From assembly GCA_964016885.1 (NCBI GenBank), contig OZ024745.1, forward strand, positions 20,150,001 to 20,214,000: a stretch of 64,000 nt of DNA. Direction: 5' to 3'. Numbering within the stretch: the first letter of the stretch is position 1; the number at the start of each line of letters is the position of its first letter. The stretch is from Eledone cirrhosa (taxonomy: Eukaryota). Below, piece after piece: positions 1 to 12,688 of this stretch. The notes under the pieces were generated by a model. The model did no database searches. It was not told the DNA's origin and was given only the letters and a program-made list of their open reading frames with translations. The translations under genes and the position numbers were made by a program.

Positions 1-944
1 GATCTGACACACAAAATATTTGATATTATTTATGTGTTTTTAATCTTCCTAATGTGTCTTTAAACTGGTTTTTCCAAATTCTTATATTTTTCTTCTATCA
101 AACTTTCATCATCCATTTACTCTAAATATTCAACTGTTGATACTTTTTCTAGTTTCTTTAGTTACTTTCAATCATTGTGGAAAACTAAAAGTGAATACAG
201 TTTATTTTACTTCAATTTCTAGTTGCAGATTTTCTGTATTCAAAGCCCATGTCTTTTTCTCACCTATTGCCATGACATATATTATTACATCTACATCACA
301 CTGTCTTTAGATCAAACATAAATTATTTGTTTATACTAGATGCAGAGGTATAATGTCATGCACATTTTTGCAGTAACCCCTAAGTTTTACCTAGCAATTA
401 CTTGATCTACCTCCAACAAACCATAAATAAATTTGTATTTATTTATAATTGGTTATAACTTTATAAATACTTACCATTCTTCATATGACGTCTGTTTCTT
501 GACTTAATTATTGAAAGTTCTTGTTGATTTGTTGAAAAGATTTTTGTAAAAGTGAAAAAGTCTATTGTATTTTGTTTAAAATAGATGTCTTGTATTTACC
601 AATAATATTTATAATTTTCTTTGTTTTCCTTTCCTCCTTCATTATAACCACTATATATATATATACATATATACACACACACACACACAAGGTTACTAAT
701 TAAGATTAATGAGATCATTATTCAACTTATCACTCCATGCTTCAGGAAAATATAGTGTAGATATTATTATATATACTACAGTTGCACCTAAACCATTTCA
801 ACTTGATTGTAGCACATATCTATCATATATATATATGTGTGTATGTGTATAATATATATATATATATATATAAAGGTACAATAATTTCATTCATATATTT
901 GCATTTCATTGAAAGGAATGTTCATAGGGGTATCAACAATAATT

Positions 945-982
<38 letters not shown>

Positions 983-1069
983 GGAAAGTTATATTTAAAA
1001 TTGTTGGGTTACAACTAGTAAATATTTATAACTGATATAAAAGCACTCGACAAATATTTGGAGTATATT

Positions 1070-1430
1070 TACAATATTAAATAAATGGAAACTATATTTA
1101 TAAAACCATATTTATTTCATTATATATATTTCAGGGATATCATATTAACAATATGCTATACCTTCCTCAGACAAAATACAATATAAACAGTTTTATAGAT
1201 AAATAGATTCGACATACCGTAACAACATCGACTTGCATTTGAAGAGGTTGAAAATCAACCTCTTCAAATGCAAGTCGATGTTGTTACGGTATGTCGAATC
1301 TATTTATCTATAAAACTGTTTATATTGTATTTTGTCTGAGGAAGGTATAGCATATTGTTAATATGATATCTCTGAAATATATATAATGAAATAAATATGG
1401 TTTTATAAATATAGTTTCCATTTATTTAAT

Positions 1431-1436
<6 letters not shown>
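1070..1436. mobile_element. Near-perfect palindrome (about 182-bp arms, 3-nt loop) carrying a hammerhead motif on each strand; probable Penelope-like pLTR remnant
   Basis: 1070-1251 is the reverse complement of 1255-1436 with one mismatch seen; followed directly by (TA)n. Confidence 0.8.
1328..1393 (+). ncRNA. Minimal type I hammerhead ribozyme motif (mirror copy on the - strand in the left arm)
   Basis: TATTTTGT-CTGAGGA(1336-42)-stem II AGG..CATATT GTT AATATG..TCT-GAAA(1374-77)-TATATA-TA^-ATGAAATA; stem I is 8 bp including 2 GU pairs. Confidence 0.65.
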
Positions 1437-1466
<30 letters not shown>

Positions 1467-3068
1467 AGAATGCTTTGCTGTAACTTTTTGACTAAATAAA
1501 ATAGTCTAATTATAACGGGATATTTAAAGCCTCCGAACAGAAAAAGATGGGCATCAGCACACCAGTTGCTTGCTGGCAAATAACTAGTGTGAGTTCAACT
1601 CCTATGTGTGCTGACAATAAAAAATTTATGGTGAAGCCTTCTATTTTAATTTTCAAACCCTGCTTTTTAAACATAGCTTCTTTGTTAACTATATATACTT
1701 TTTTCCTCTTTTTCTTTCTTACATACCAGCTGACTATAGACCTCTTCTGGTCATGTACATGAAATAATGCAATTATATTTACATAGACTATGGTTGTTAT
1801 AACAGGTTTGAGATATCATAGAATTCTAACATAACAAATGTAAAGGATCTTAATTGACAACATAACTCTAGGCTAGATTTATATAAATCTGTTTAAGATT
1901 GTATATATTTCTCATGTTTTACCAAATCAAATGAATTTATGTGTTGTGGAAATGTATGTATATATATTTTCCTGTTTTATAAAGTCCATGGAATAACATT
2001 CTCTAGGAATTATTATAGAAAACATATATGGCAGCGTGTATATATATATATAAGGTGCTCTAGGGAGTGTTATAGAAAACATACAAGGTTTTGTTTGCAC
2101 TTGTAAAATAAATGTTTACAAATAGTAAAGATAAATGCTGACAAAGTATGTGTTTTTAAACTACTAGAAATTATTCTGTTCTGGGAAATACAAGAAACTA
2201 ATCCCCAGTTGAATTCGAGAGAGAGATGTGAGAACTGTTGGCTGTCTGAAATAGCAATAAACTTTGTTGTCAGTAAGTTATAATAAATCTGTTATACAAT
2301 GAAAAAAGTTATATATTCATTCATAATGAAGAGATGATGCAATAGGAAAGACTCGAGTGAATGGTACTGGTGGTGTCTTGGACAATGTCCAGGCAGAAGA
2401 ATACAATATTTGGCAAAGTGTGGTGTGTGTGTGTGTGTGTGTGTGCCTGATTCTGGTATTCCTTTGTTTTTTGGGATGTTGACCATCTTGAGATCAATTT
2501 CCACCACCTCTGCTCATGCCTTCAGCAGTCTTCCTCTTATGCAGTTTCCTTCCACTTGTAATGCATATGGATGATGGCAGTTGGGTAGAGAGGTGCCGAG
2601 AGATCCATTACCAGCTTTCTCTCTTTTTTTCTCTTGTACGCTAAACATGCAACATCTGATTCCTTGTCCATAGATAGTTGGTAGAAAATGAAAACAGCAT
2701 TAATTTTCATACAAGTGGTTTGGTAGAAAGATAAAATGAATGGAATGGTGGTATTAGTATTTTGAAAACATACACATACTTTCAGACTGTTATGTTGTAA
2801 AAGAATGCTAATTTGGGGGCTAATGGAGGGGAGGATCTGCACAAGCTCTGTTGTTCATCTGCATAGCTAGGTAGTTATGTGTATTGTTATCTGTATACAT
2901 ATCAATGTGTGTGCATATGAGTGAGTTGTGTCAACTGCAAATTGACTGTACATCATAATCTGCCTAAGAGAAAAAGAAATACAAGGAAATACTTGTTACT
3001 GAGTGGTAGACTAGAAAAATACATTTCAAAATAGTTTAAAAACATTGGAATAAATAATTATAATTTAA

Positions 3069-4162
3069 CCCTTTAGCGTTCGCATTAATTTTCAAATGTC
3101 ATGCTTATCTGTTCACATTATTTTGAGTTAATCATACTCAAGAGGGTTATCAATTTTATTTGTTTGTAATTTTCTTAATTTTCTATGTGCAGGCTTGAAA
3201 TTTTGTCAGTAGATGTTTAAATATCAATAATTTACAATTATATAATTTTACCTGATTTTTTTTTGGTTAAATTTGACTTTTATGGGCAGGTGAAATTAAT
3301 TAATTTGAAGTATCAACCAGGTGCAAATACTGGTTTAATTTTAAATACATTGTTTTCGGCATAATACTTTATATATAAGGATCACTAAACCTTAAATCAG
3401 TGCTCCAGTAATTCCACAGTCTTGGAAATTGTTTTATACCGAACATAATATTTACGGTAAAAAATGCTTGCATTTCCGCAGCATCTGTCGGTCGCCAAAC
3501 AGATCGGGTTTTCCTCGATTTGAAATCTGTTGTCGGGCATATCGATTAATCTCTTCTTCCACAACTTCGAAGAAAGTTTGTGGTAAAAACAAAAAGAAAT
3601 AATCCAGTGCTTTAGCATCGGTGGCTAATGTGTGTTGTGGACCAGTATTTTGATAAAATTGGGAACATATATTGGTGTGGTATTTTTCAACCACGTTGCT
3701 GTAATATTTTCAATGGCGTCCTGGAGATCTCCTTCGTTTTCACTTTCAAAACAACAATCAATCATCGTCGGATGAAATTTCAGAAATGTAAATATCTGAT
3801 TCATTTGAAGATAAATCACTAATATTATCTTTTGTTCCTTGTTCATTCTGAATGTTGTCGTGTGTAAAACCTTCAAAGTTGGTATCGCTACTTTCACAAG
3901 CCATGTTGATACACTAAAAATCTGTTCTACTTTCAACGTTAAAAAAACACGTTGTTTTAAGTTGTTTCACTATATTAAGTGTTAATTTTCGCGGTAAGGG
4001 CCTAATCTCGCAGTAACCTCGAATTGACGAGATTTTGATGACGGTATTCTTTATTTTTAGAATGATATTTTAGTGTGGGTGTTATCAGCCAGTTTCGGGC
4101 GGTTTGAACAAATGAAGGGGAAATAATTGCGGCCGGTTTGGGGCGGTTTGAACACTAAAGGG
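3069..4162 (-). mobile_element. Non-autonomous piggyBac-type DNA transposon with transposase remnant
   Basis: TTAA flanks (3065-68, 4163-66); termini CCCTTTAG...CTAAAGGG; - strand ORF 3452-3694 has ALDYFFLFLPQTFFEVVEEEINRYARQ, resembling the start of the piggyBac DDE_Tnp_1_7 domain. Confidence 0.8.
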
Positions 4163-4409
4163 TTAAAAGAGAATTAGAAATATACTGTTCCATTGTTTGA
4201 AGAATTAATGGGATATATAATGCTACACAAACCAGCTATTACAACTGCAATTTTACCAATTTTGGTGTGTGTGTTTCTGTCCTTCAGCTATGTCATGTTA
4301 TTGTTGAGCTAGTTAATGTTTTCACAAGACAGCTATTTGTTGTATCACAGTTGAAGCAAAGTTGTAACGAAGGTGATCTCTTGCAGCTGTTAACATTATA
4401 GCCTGGAGG

Positions 4410-4668
4410 CTCATCAGATCAGAGCTCATCCTGGTTTCTGTGGCGTTAAGCAACTGAGAGTGCAAGATTCCCCCTGGACAGGATGCCAGTCTATCGCAAG
4501 GTTAAACCTCCAGCTACTGCTGGTATTCATTTTTAGCTGAATATACTGGAGCAATGTGAAATGAAGTGTTTGCTCAAGAACACAGCACATAACCCAGTCC
4601 AGGAATTGAAGCCATGACATTATGATCGCAAGTCCAACACCCCTACCACTAGGCCACACACCTCCACC
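4410..4668 (-). mobile_element. tRNA-head SINE, family B (related partial copies near 13700-13890 - and 45795-45910 +)
   Basis: - strand reads GTGTGTGGCCTAGTGGTAGGGGTGTTGGAC...TTCAATTCCTGG (A/B-box-like) then GTGTTCTTGAGCAAACACTTCATTTCAC; homologous to the other two loci. Confidence 0.7.
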
Positions 4669-4729
4669 ACTTCAAACTGAGGGGAACATATAGCTGAAAT
4701 AGTAGAAGACTTAACAAGAAATAGTTTAA

Positions 4730-5129
4730 TCCTTTCATTACAATATTTCTAATATAATTCACTGTATTTAAATTAACTCATGGAGAGTTTTTGAGAGATT
4801 TGCTAAATTTATTATTCCATTATTAAGATGGTGTTTGTTACAACTTAACAGAAGTTTCTCATAAAAAGGGTGAGGTTAGTTTTGCCTTTCATCTTAATGA
4901 GGTCAATAAAATTACCAGTAATGCATTGGGGTCGATTTAATCAACTTTTCCCCTCCCTTCCAAATTGTTGCTAAATCAAAAACCATTACTAAGATGGTGT
5001 TTGTAATAACTTAACAGAAGCTTGTCATACAAATTTGTTGGAAGATTTAAATTTAAATAGGAAACCTTTAAAATGTGTGGTTTTGTTTCATAGAATCAGG
5101 TAGTTTTAGGTGGGTTGGTATTAAAAGGG
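4730..5129. mobile_element. piggyBac-type MITE with nested SINE fragment
   Basis: TTAA flanks, terminal AAAGGG-TTAA, homology to 6434-6645; SINE fragment at about 4872-4990 between duplicated AAGATGGTGTTTG..AACTTAACAGAAG. Confidence 0.6.
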
Positions 5130-6433
5130 TTAAAGGTTACAGCTGATTAAAAACCTGGCAGAGTTAGTAGAACTATAGTGGTAGCAGTTAGAAGATAAGC
5201 TAGCTAAAAATGTCCTGGCTATTATCATAATCTAGGAAAATGTTTGTAAGTTTATAACGAATGAGCTGGCCAATCAGGTAATATGTAAACACATGTTGTG
5301 CTATTCCATCACTGAATAAGAAAAAAAATATGTTTATTCAGAATTCAATATTCACCAATTGTAAACTGGTTTGTAGCTGATCAATCAGAAACTTGGCCAA
5401 TGGTTTAATGGTTTACAAACTCAGAGTCAACATTGGTTGGAATTATACCAACAGAATATAGACACCATCAGAGCTTGTTGGTAGAATAATATAATAATAA
5501 TCACGCACAGCATGAATGTGGATACAGGTTTGAGATAGGACAAAATCCAAACATAGCAAATGTATTAGATCTTAATTTAATATTTTCTTATTTTGCAAAG
5601 TTAATTGAATGATATATTCATAGAAAAAAAAAAGAAAATTATATATATATGCTTTTATATCTTAATAAAAATGCCTATACTCTACTAATGTATTATATAT
5701 GTGTGTGTGTGTGTGTGTGTGTGCTATTAAATTAGGCATGACCTGGACCAATACTGGCTGAAACCTTTGTAAGTTATGTAAGTCCCCCCCCCCCCCCCCC
5801 ACACACACACATTACTTATTCTACAAAATCCAAGGAATATGTTGTTGAAAGTGTTATAGAACATACATAAGCTGATGTTTTGAAAGTTGAAATGTTAAAC
5901 AGACAATAATTGGTAGCAGTAATGATAGACCTAAATAATGTATATGTATTTAAATTGGTAGAAAATATTCCATTAAAGCAAAAGCAAACCAGTAATTGCC
6001 ATTTAACAGAAGGTTTGATTTCTTAAGACTTTATCATTATTTAATTATTTCTTCTGCTGAAGTGAGAAACATGGAATTTTTAAGTGAGAGGAAATGACAG
6101 GCTGTGTTTGTTATTTTCTCATTGCTATTATTAATGTTGGGTTAAATTTTAGTATTGATAATATATATTTATATATATCCATATGTGGTTGACGGCCAAG
6201 AGAAAAGAGTACTCAGTACCAAAGTAGAGTTTTAAATATTCATTTTATTATGGTTAAATAGTTTCACCTGTTTATCACAAGGTCAACAGACAAGACGACC
6301 CTATAATAAACAGGTGAAACTCCAGAGCAACAAGACTCACTATTTAGCCTTTATAAAATGAATAAGATATTGAGGTTAAATCAATAATACCTGCTTCTTG
6401 TATCTAGTATTAAGGCAATGTATATATGTTTAA

Positions 6434-6645
6434 CCCTTTCGTGACTGAATCTCTAATGAAATACACTCTATTTTGAGGAATTTACTAAAATTATTATTTA
6501 TTTCATTACTAAAATAGTTACTTAATGTAAGGTTTTTATATAAAATTATGCTGGAAGATTTTAATTAAAATTGGAAACTCTTAAAATGAGTGATTTTTAT
6601 TTCATTGAACCAGAACCAGTTTTGACAAAATTGGTAACTAAAGGG
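6434..6645. mobile_element. piggyBac-type MITE
   Basis: TTAA-CCCTTT ... AAAGGG-TTAA termini; homologous to 4730-5129 and, inverted, to 33645-33873. Confidence 0.7.
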
Positions 6646-7092
6646 TTAAATATTTTCTAAATATATATCTACACCTCATAGAACACATGAGTGGCCTGTC
6701 TGGATAGTCTGTAGTCCTGCTTCAGTACTGACTTGGTCTATGTAGACCTGTCCAACCCTTGCAAGAAGGGAAAGTGGATGTTAAACGATGAGGATGATAT
6801 CTTGTGTTGTCTATATTATTATCTACACTGATATTCTAAATATAAAGATAGTAACTTCCTCACATTTAGTAAATTATATTAGTACATGTGTTATAGCTCT
6901 CACATTTGATAGTGTACATTGGTGTTAATAAATCACAGGTTTGCTAAAAAAACATCAGATAAGATTTGTAGATGATTCAGATCTTCTTTAATGACTAACA
7001 TGATGCAGTTATAGTATTAGATTGTGAAATAAGTGAGGAAGTAATTAGGAGGAACTAGAAGGTTAGAACTGCACTTGCATTCTTTGCATAAG

Positions 7093-8854
7093 TCTAGAAG
7101 ACATATATTTAGCAAGAGAAATAGGTGAAGTAGAATCTAGAAGACATAATATATCTAGCAAGAGAGAAATAGGTGAAGAAGAATCTAGAAGACATATATC
7201 TTGCAAGAGAGAAACAGATGAAGAAGAATCTAGAAGACATATATCTAGCAAGAGAGAAATAGGTGAAGAAGAATCTAGAAGACATATATCTAGCAAGAGA
7301 GAAATAGGTGAAGAAGACTCTAGAAGACATATATCTAGCAAGAGAGAAATAGGTGAAGAAGAATCTAGAAGACATATATCTAGCAAGAGAGAAATAGGTG
7401 AAGAAGAATCTAGAAGACATATATCTTGCAAGAGAGAAACAGATGAAGAAGAATCTAGAAGACATATATCTAGCAAGAGAGAAATAGGTGAAGAAGAATC
7501 TAGAAGACATATATCTAGCAAGAGAGAAATAGGTGAAGAAGAATCTAGAAGACATATATCTAGCAAGAGAGAAATAGATGAAGAAGAATCTAGAAGACAT
7601 ATATCTAGCAAGAGAGAAATAGGTGAAGAAGAATCTAGAAGACATGTATCTAGCAAGAGAGAAATAGATGAAGAAGAATCTAGAAGACATATATCTAGCA
7701 AGAGAGAAATAGATGAAGAAGAATCTAGAAGACATATATCTAGCAAGAGAGAAATAGGTGAAGAAGAATCTAGAAGACATATATCTAGCAAGAGAGAAAT
7801 AGGTGAAGAAGAATCTAGAAGACATATATCTAGCAAGAGAGAAATAGGTGAAGAAGAATCTAGAAGACATATATCTAGCAAGAGAGAAATAGGTAAAGAA
7901 GAATCTAGAAGACATATATCTAGCAAGAGAGAAATAGGTGAAGAAGAATCTAGAAGACATATATCTAGCAAGAGAGAAATAGATGAAGAAGAATCTAGAA
8001 GACATATATCTAGCAAGAGAGAAATAGGTGAAGAAGAATCTAGAAGACATATATCTAGCAAGAGAGAAATAGGTGAAGAAGAATCTAGAAGACATATATC
8101 TAGCAAGAGAGAAATAGGTGAAGAAGAATCTAGAAGACATATATCTAGCAAGAGAGAAATAGGTGAAGAAGAATCTAGAAGACATATATCTAGCAAGAGA
8201 GAAATAGATGAAGAAGAATCTAGAAGACATATATCTAGCAAGAGAGAAATAGGTGAAGAAGAATCTAGAAGACATATATCTAGCAAGAGAGAAATAGGTG
8301 AAGAAGAATCTAGAAGACATATATCTAGCAAGAGAGAAATAGGTGAAGAAGAATCTAGAAGACATATATCTAGCAAGAGAGAAATAGGTGAAGAAGAATC
8401 TAGAAGACATATATCTAGCAAGAGAGAAATAGATGAAGAAGAATCTAGAAGACATATATCTAGCAAGAGAGAAACAGGTGAAGAAGAATCTAGAAGACAT
8501 ATATCTAGCAAGAGAGAAATAGGTGAAGAAGAATCTAGAAGACATATATCTAGCAAGAGAGAAATAGATGAAGAAGAATCTAGAAGACATATATCTAACA
8601 AGAGAGAAATAGGTGAAGAAGAATCTAGAAGACATATATCTAGCAAGAGAGAAATAGGTGAAGAAGAATCTAGAAGACATATATCTAGCAAGAGAGAAAT
8701 AGATGAAGAAGAATCTAGAAGACATATATCTAACAAGAGAGAAATAGGTGAAGAAGAATCTAGAAGACATATATCTAGCAAGAGAGAAATAGGCGAAGAA
8801 GAATCTAGAAGACATATATCTAGCAAGAGAGAAATAGGTGAAGAAGAATCTAGA
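7093..8854. repeat. 45-bp minisatellite, about 39 copies
   Basis: Unit TCTAGAAGACATATATCTAGCAAGAGAGAAATAGGTGAAGAAGAA, highly homogeneous. Confidence 0.97.
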
Positions 8855-9168
8855 TAGAAAATAAAACTTTGAAATGTGTGAATCCTTTAGAGTGTATGTG
8901 TGTATTGTTTCCATTGAACATTTGTTTTACTTGTATAAAGCAGGATGTTTTTAAGTTGATTGATGCCTGTTGGAATGTACTGACAATTAGTAGAATCCAT
9001 GAAAGCAGTATTACTGTGTGTGGTAAATTAAATGAAATGAAAGAAGCTTCTTCTTAGCTCTCTATTCATGCTGTATGTTGTTGCTCACATATCCAGATCC
9101 AATACATATGACAATATACTTGTTAGCTGGGATCTATATGAGGTTAGAATTTAAAGAAAAGTAATAAT

Positions 9169-9355
9169 TGTTTCTATTTTTGGCACAAGGCCAGCAATAA
9201 TCCCAGTACATTACTGGTGCTTTATTTTATCAACCCCGTAAAGACGAAAGGCAAAGTTTACCTTGACAGAATTTTAACTCGGACCGTAAAGGGCCGTAAC
9301 TCTATGCTGCAAAGCATAGCGTCCGACACTCTACCGATACTGCCAATCCACCGCC
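9169..9355 (-). mobile_element. tRNA-head SINE, family A, with 18-bp target site duplication
   Basis: Reverse copy of the family core GGCAGTATCGGTAGAG...TTTGCCTTTC.TC.TTACGGGG..GATAAAATAAG; TSD TTAAAGAAAAGTAATAAT at 9151-68 and 9356-73. Confidence 0.85.
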
Positions 9356-9805
9356 TTAAAGAAAAGTAATAATGCTGGTAAGAAGGGTTAACATAGATTA
9401 AATGACATAGGAAGATCTTTATTGTACTTCATTTGGAGTTCAAGTCCAAAATAAGTGAGCTTTATACATTTTTATACTGAGTTCATCACCATCACTTTCT
9501 GATACCAACCGTTCTACTTACAACACACAGGGATATGGTGTATCTATTCTAAACACGAGTGCCTCCAGTACCTTACTGGTACTTTATTGACCCTGGCAGG
9601 ATGAGAGGCAAAGTTAACCACAGTGAGATTTGGACTCAAAATGTAGAAAGTCATAACTAAATAATGGCAGAATATTTTGTTTGATGTCCAACTGATATTA
9701 CCAATCCATGGAGTTCATTTATTCCTGCATGTACAAGAAGGCTGATTGTGTAGGAAATAAAATGAAGCAAGTTGAGAGACTTGAAGTTAAGAAGGCTGTG
9801 TATAC

Positions 9806-9837
<32 letters not shown>

Positions 9838-10689
9838 ATAGTGATGTTTGTTAGCTGAGGCAGTGTCAGAAGCTTGGAGTGAACACATATGGGAAGGAAG
9901 GATTGGTGAATGCCCAAATGAAAGAAAAACTGATACAATGGAAAGAAGCTGATCTTTAGTCTTGCCTGTAGTACTGTTTATATTTTGTTTTATGAGTATG
10001 CAATGTCTCATATCATCAATTGTTTCAATTTTACAATTTTTTGTATGAGTTATTCAATTCTCAGATGCGTATTTTCTAATTTACTTCTACAACTGATACG
10101 TTGTATGCTCAGCACATGGTTTTTCATTTTCCAGCAGATGTCATCTTATTTGTATTCCTCTGTCTACATCAATCCAGCCATCACTTTTACCATTACTTTA
10201 TAGCATTATGAATCTATATGTGGTCACTTGGCTTGCTAGAAAAAACATTCATACCTCTCTCTCAAGGAAAAAGAAGAGGGAAAAAATGATCAATAAGATT
10301 CCAGACCTCATTCGCTTATCAAGTGGAGTGGAACTCTCCAAATCAGACCAATGGAAACAGTGTTTCCATTGGTCTTTCCATTGCTGATATTATCTACTGA
10401 TTACAACTCCTGGCAGAAAGAGCAACATAAAATAAAGTCTCTCTCTCTCTCATGCTCTACTGTTATAGAAAAGGACCGTTTGTAATTTAATCCTGAAAAA
10501 AGAAACTCTGGAATAACCAATGGTGAAATATCTTTGAGTTTGGTTTTCTTCATCTTGGGACTCTAAACAACAGCAACACTTCTTATACTTGTCACCACAT
10601 AATGAGAAAGAAACCCTTTACTACTAAGGGACAGCATAGCCGTAATTCTTTTACCAGAACCAACTTGAACTCTAATTATACCATCAGGA

Positions 10690-11150
10690 TGGCATTGGCA
10701 GTATTGGTAGAGGGTTGGACGCTATGCTTTGACGTATAGAGTTACGGCCCATTCCATTCTCAGTTCAAATCCTGCCACGGTTAACTTTGCCTTTCATCCT
10801 TACGGGGTCGATAAAATAAAGTACCAGTAATGCACTGGGTAATGGCTGGCCTTGTGCCAATAGTAGAAACAATTATTATCTTCTACTATAAAGTACCAGT
10901 AATACACTGGGGTTGATTTAATTGATTTTCTCCCCCCCCCCCAAAAAAAAATTGTTGGCCTTGTGCCTAAATCAGAACCCATTATTATCTTCTATGTTAC
11001 AGCAGTAAATTGGCAGTATTGGTAGAGCATCAGACAACATTTTTTGTGGCATTTATGACATTCTGAGTTCAAATCCTGCGTGGGTTAACTTTGCCTTTCA
11101 TCCTTCTGGGGTCGATATAATCCATTTTCTCCCTAATTGCTGTCCTTGTG
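10690..11150 (+). mobile_element. Tandem SINE family A copies
   Basis: Core GTTCAAATCC...AACTTTGCCTTTCATCCTT.CGGGGTCGATA occurs twice, plus a duplicated 3' tail. Confidence 0.8.
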
Positions 11151-12542
11151 ATATTTTACACAGAATTATTTACTATTTTAAAATATATGTTGCTACAGGC
11201 AGACTAGATAGCAACAACTGAGCAGGATGACTTGAGCTGTATCAGCAAATAGGTAGTCATTAGAGTGTGGGACACAATGCCTTGTGGTGTTTGCTCCACC
11301 TCTCTACACTCTGAGTTCTGCCAAGGTCAACTTTGTCTTCAATACTTGAATATCTTTAGCCAAGTCCATTTAATTGCAAACATTTAGGTGAAACCTCTAG
11401 TTTGATAACTTCCCCTTCCTTGCCCTTATTCTTGGAGGCCCTGGAAAGAGTCATGAGTATTGCCCTTCCTGCCCTGATTAAACAATTAAAAAAAAGAAAA
11501 GCAATTATCAGATATAATGTGAAGCCAGTATATATAATCAGTTAAAAAAGGGGTGGTAGGTCAAAGAAAATATATTAAATTGACCTTTGTACTTTATATA
11601 ATTGAAATATCCAATGTAATGCTTAAAAATTGTCCCAAATCCTATAATTTATAGTCTCTTCCTTTTGTTAATTGTTATTTTAATTAATATGGTTTGTATT
11701 AATTACACCTTTTGGGAGACAAGATCTACAACAATGTCTTATTCAGTATATAGTATATTCAGTCTCCTTTATGTCATTGTATATAAAATATTTTCTATAT
11801 ATATCTGTATATATTTTGCATGTTGCTCGAGGCAATTTGTATTTAATTTGAATTTTGTAATAATTGTATAATATATGAGAAAATGACCAGTTAAATCTTT
11901 TCTTGTTAATAATGTCTTCGATAAACTACTGTTTTTATTATTTTTGTCTTTTGGTTTCTCTCTTTCTAAATTAGATTTTGTATGAAGCAATATATTTTTT
12001 AACTTATGTATGCAAAAATATGAAATATTTTCCATGTAGTGAGTAGTATTAGTTGGATGTTTCTCAACAATTATATAGTGAAATTCCTTGCTAGAAATCT
12101 TGCTAGAACTAATTCTTGGATTTTTTTTACAGTATAATTTTGTTTTTCATTGAGTAATTTGGTCATGGTTGTTTCTTATATATTTCTTAGGTGTTTATCT
12201 GTTTAAGCCTGAAAATATTTCTTTCAGATTTCACATTAAGCACCTTTCACCTCTATATTATATATCAAAATCTTCATTTTATTATGGAAACACCTCCAAT
12301 ATCTTTGTTTGATAGTACCCCCCACCCTCTTTATATATATATATATGTCATTTTCTTTGGCACAGATTGAACAAGTTGGTCCTCTGGGCTAATGGAACGT
12401 ACATACCTGGTATTGCAGCTTTGTAGTAACTGGTCTTAATAATTATATTCAAACTTGCCCTACATACTTGAGTTGCTTTATACCTTGGATATTGTTACAA
12501 ACCTATTATTATAGATATGTATGTGTATATGTATATTGTGTG

Positions 12543-12584
<42 letters not shown>

Positions 12585-12688
12585 TGTATATATACATGAA
12601 TATAAGTATGTATATGTATATATACATGAATATAAGTATGTATATGTATATATACATGAATATAAGTATGTATATGTATATATACATG

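Noticed and set aside
5251-5277. Possible 27-nt CK1-gamma microexon (FITNELANQ, CAG|GTAATA)
   Set aside because: Phase-compatible and ends in NQ, but the acceptor is weak and there is no other support.
7063-8914. 587-aa and 601-aa - strand ORFs
   Set aside because: Products of a 45-bp (multiple of three) tandem repeat with no unique domain; several frames are open at once.
10345-10377. Short hairpin AGACCAATGGAAAC-AGT-GTTTCCATTGGTCT
   Set aside because: Only about 14-bp arms, with no further context or second copy.
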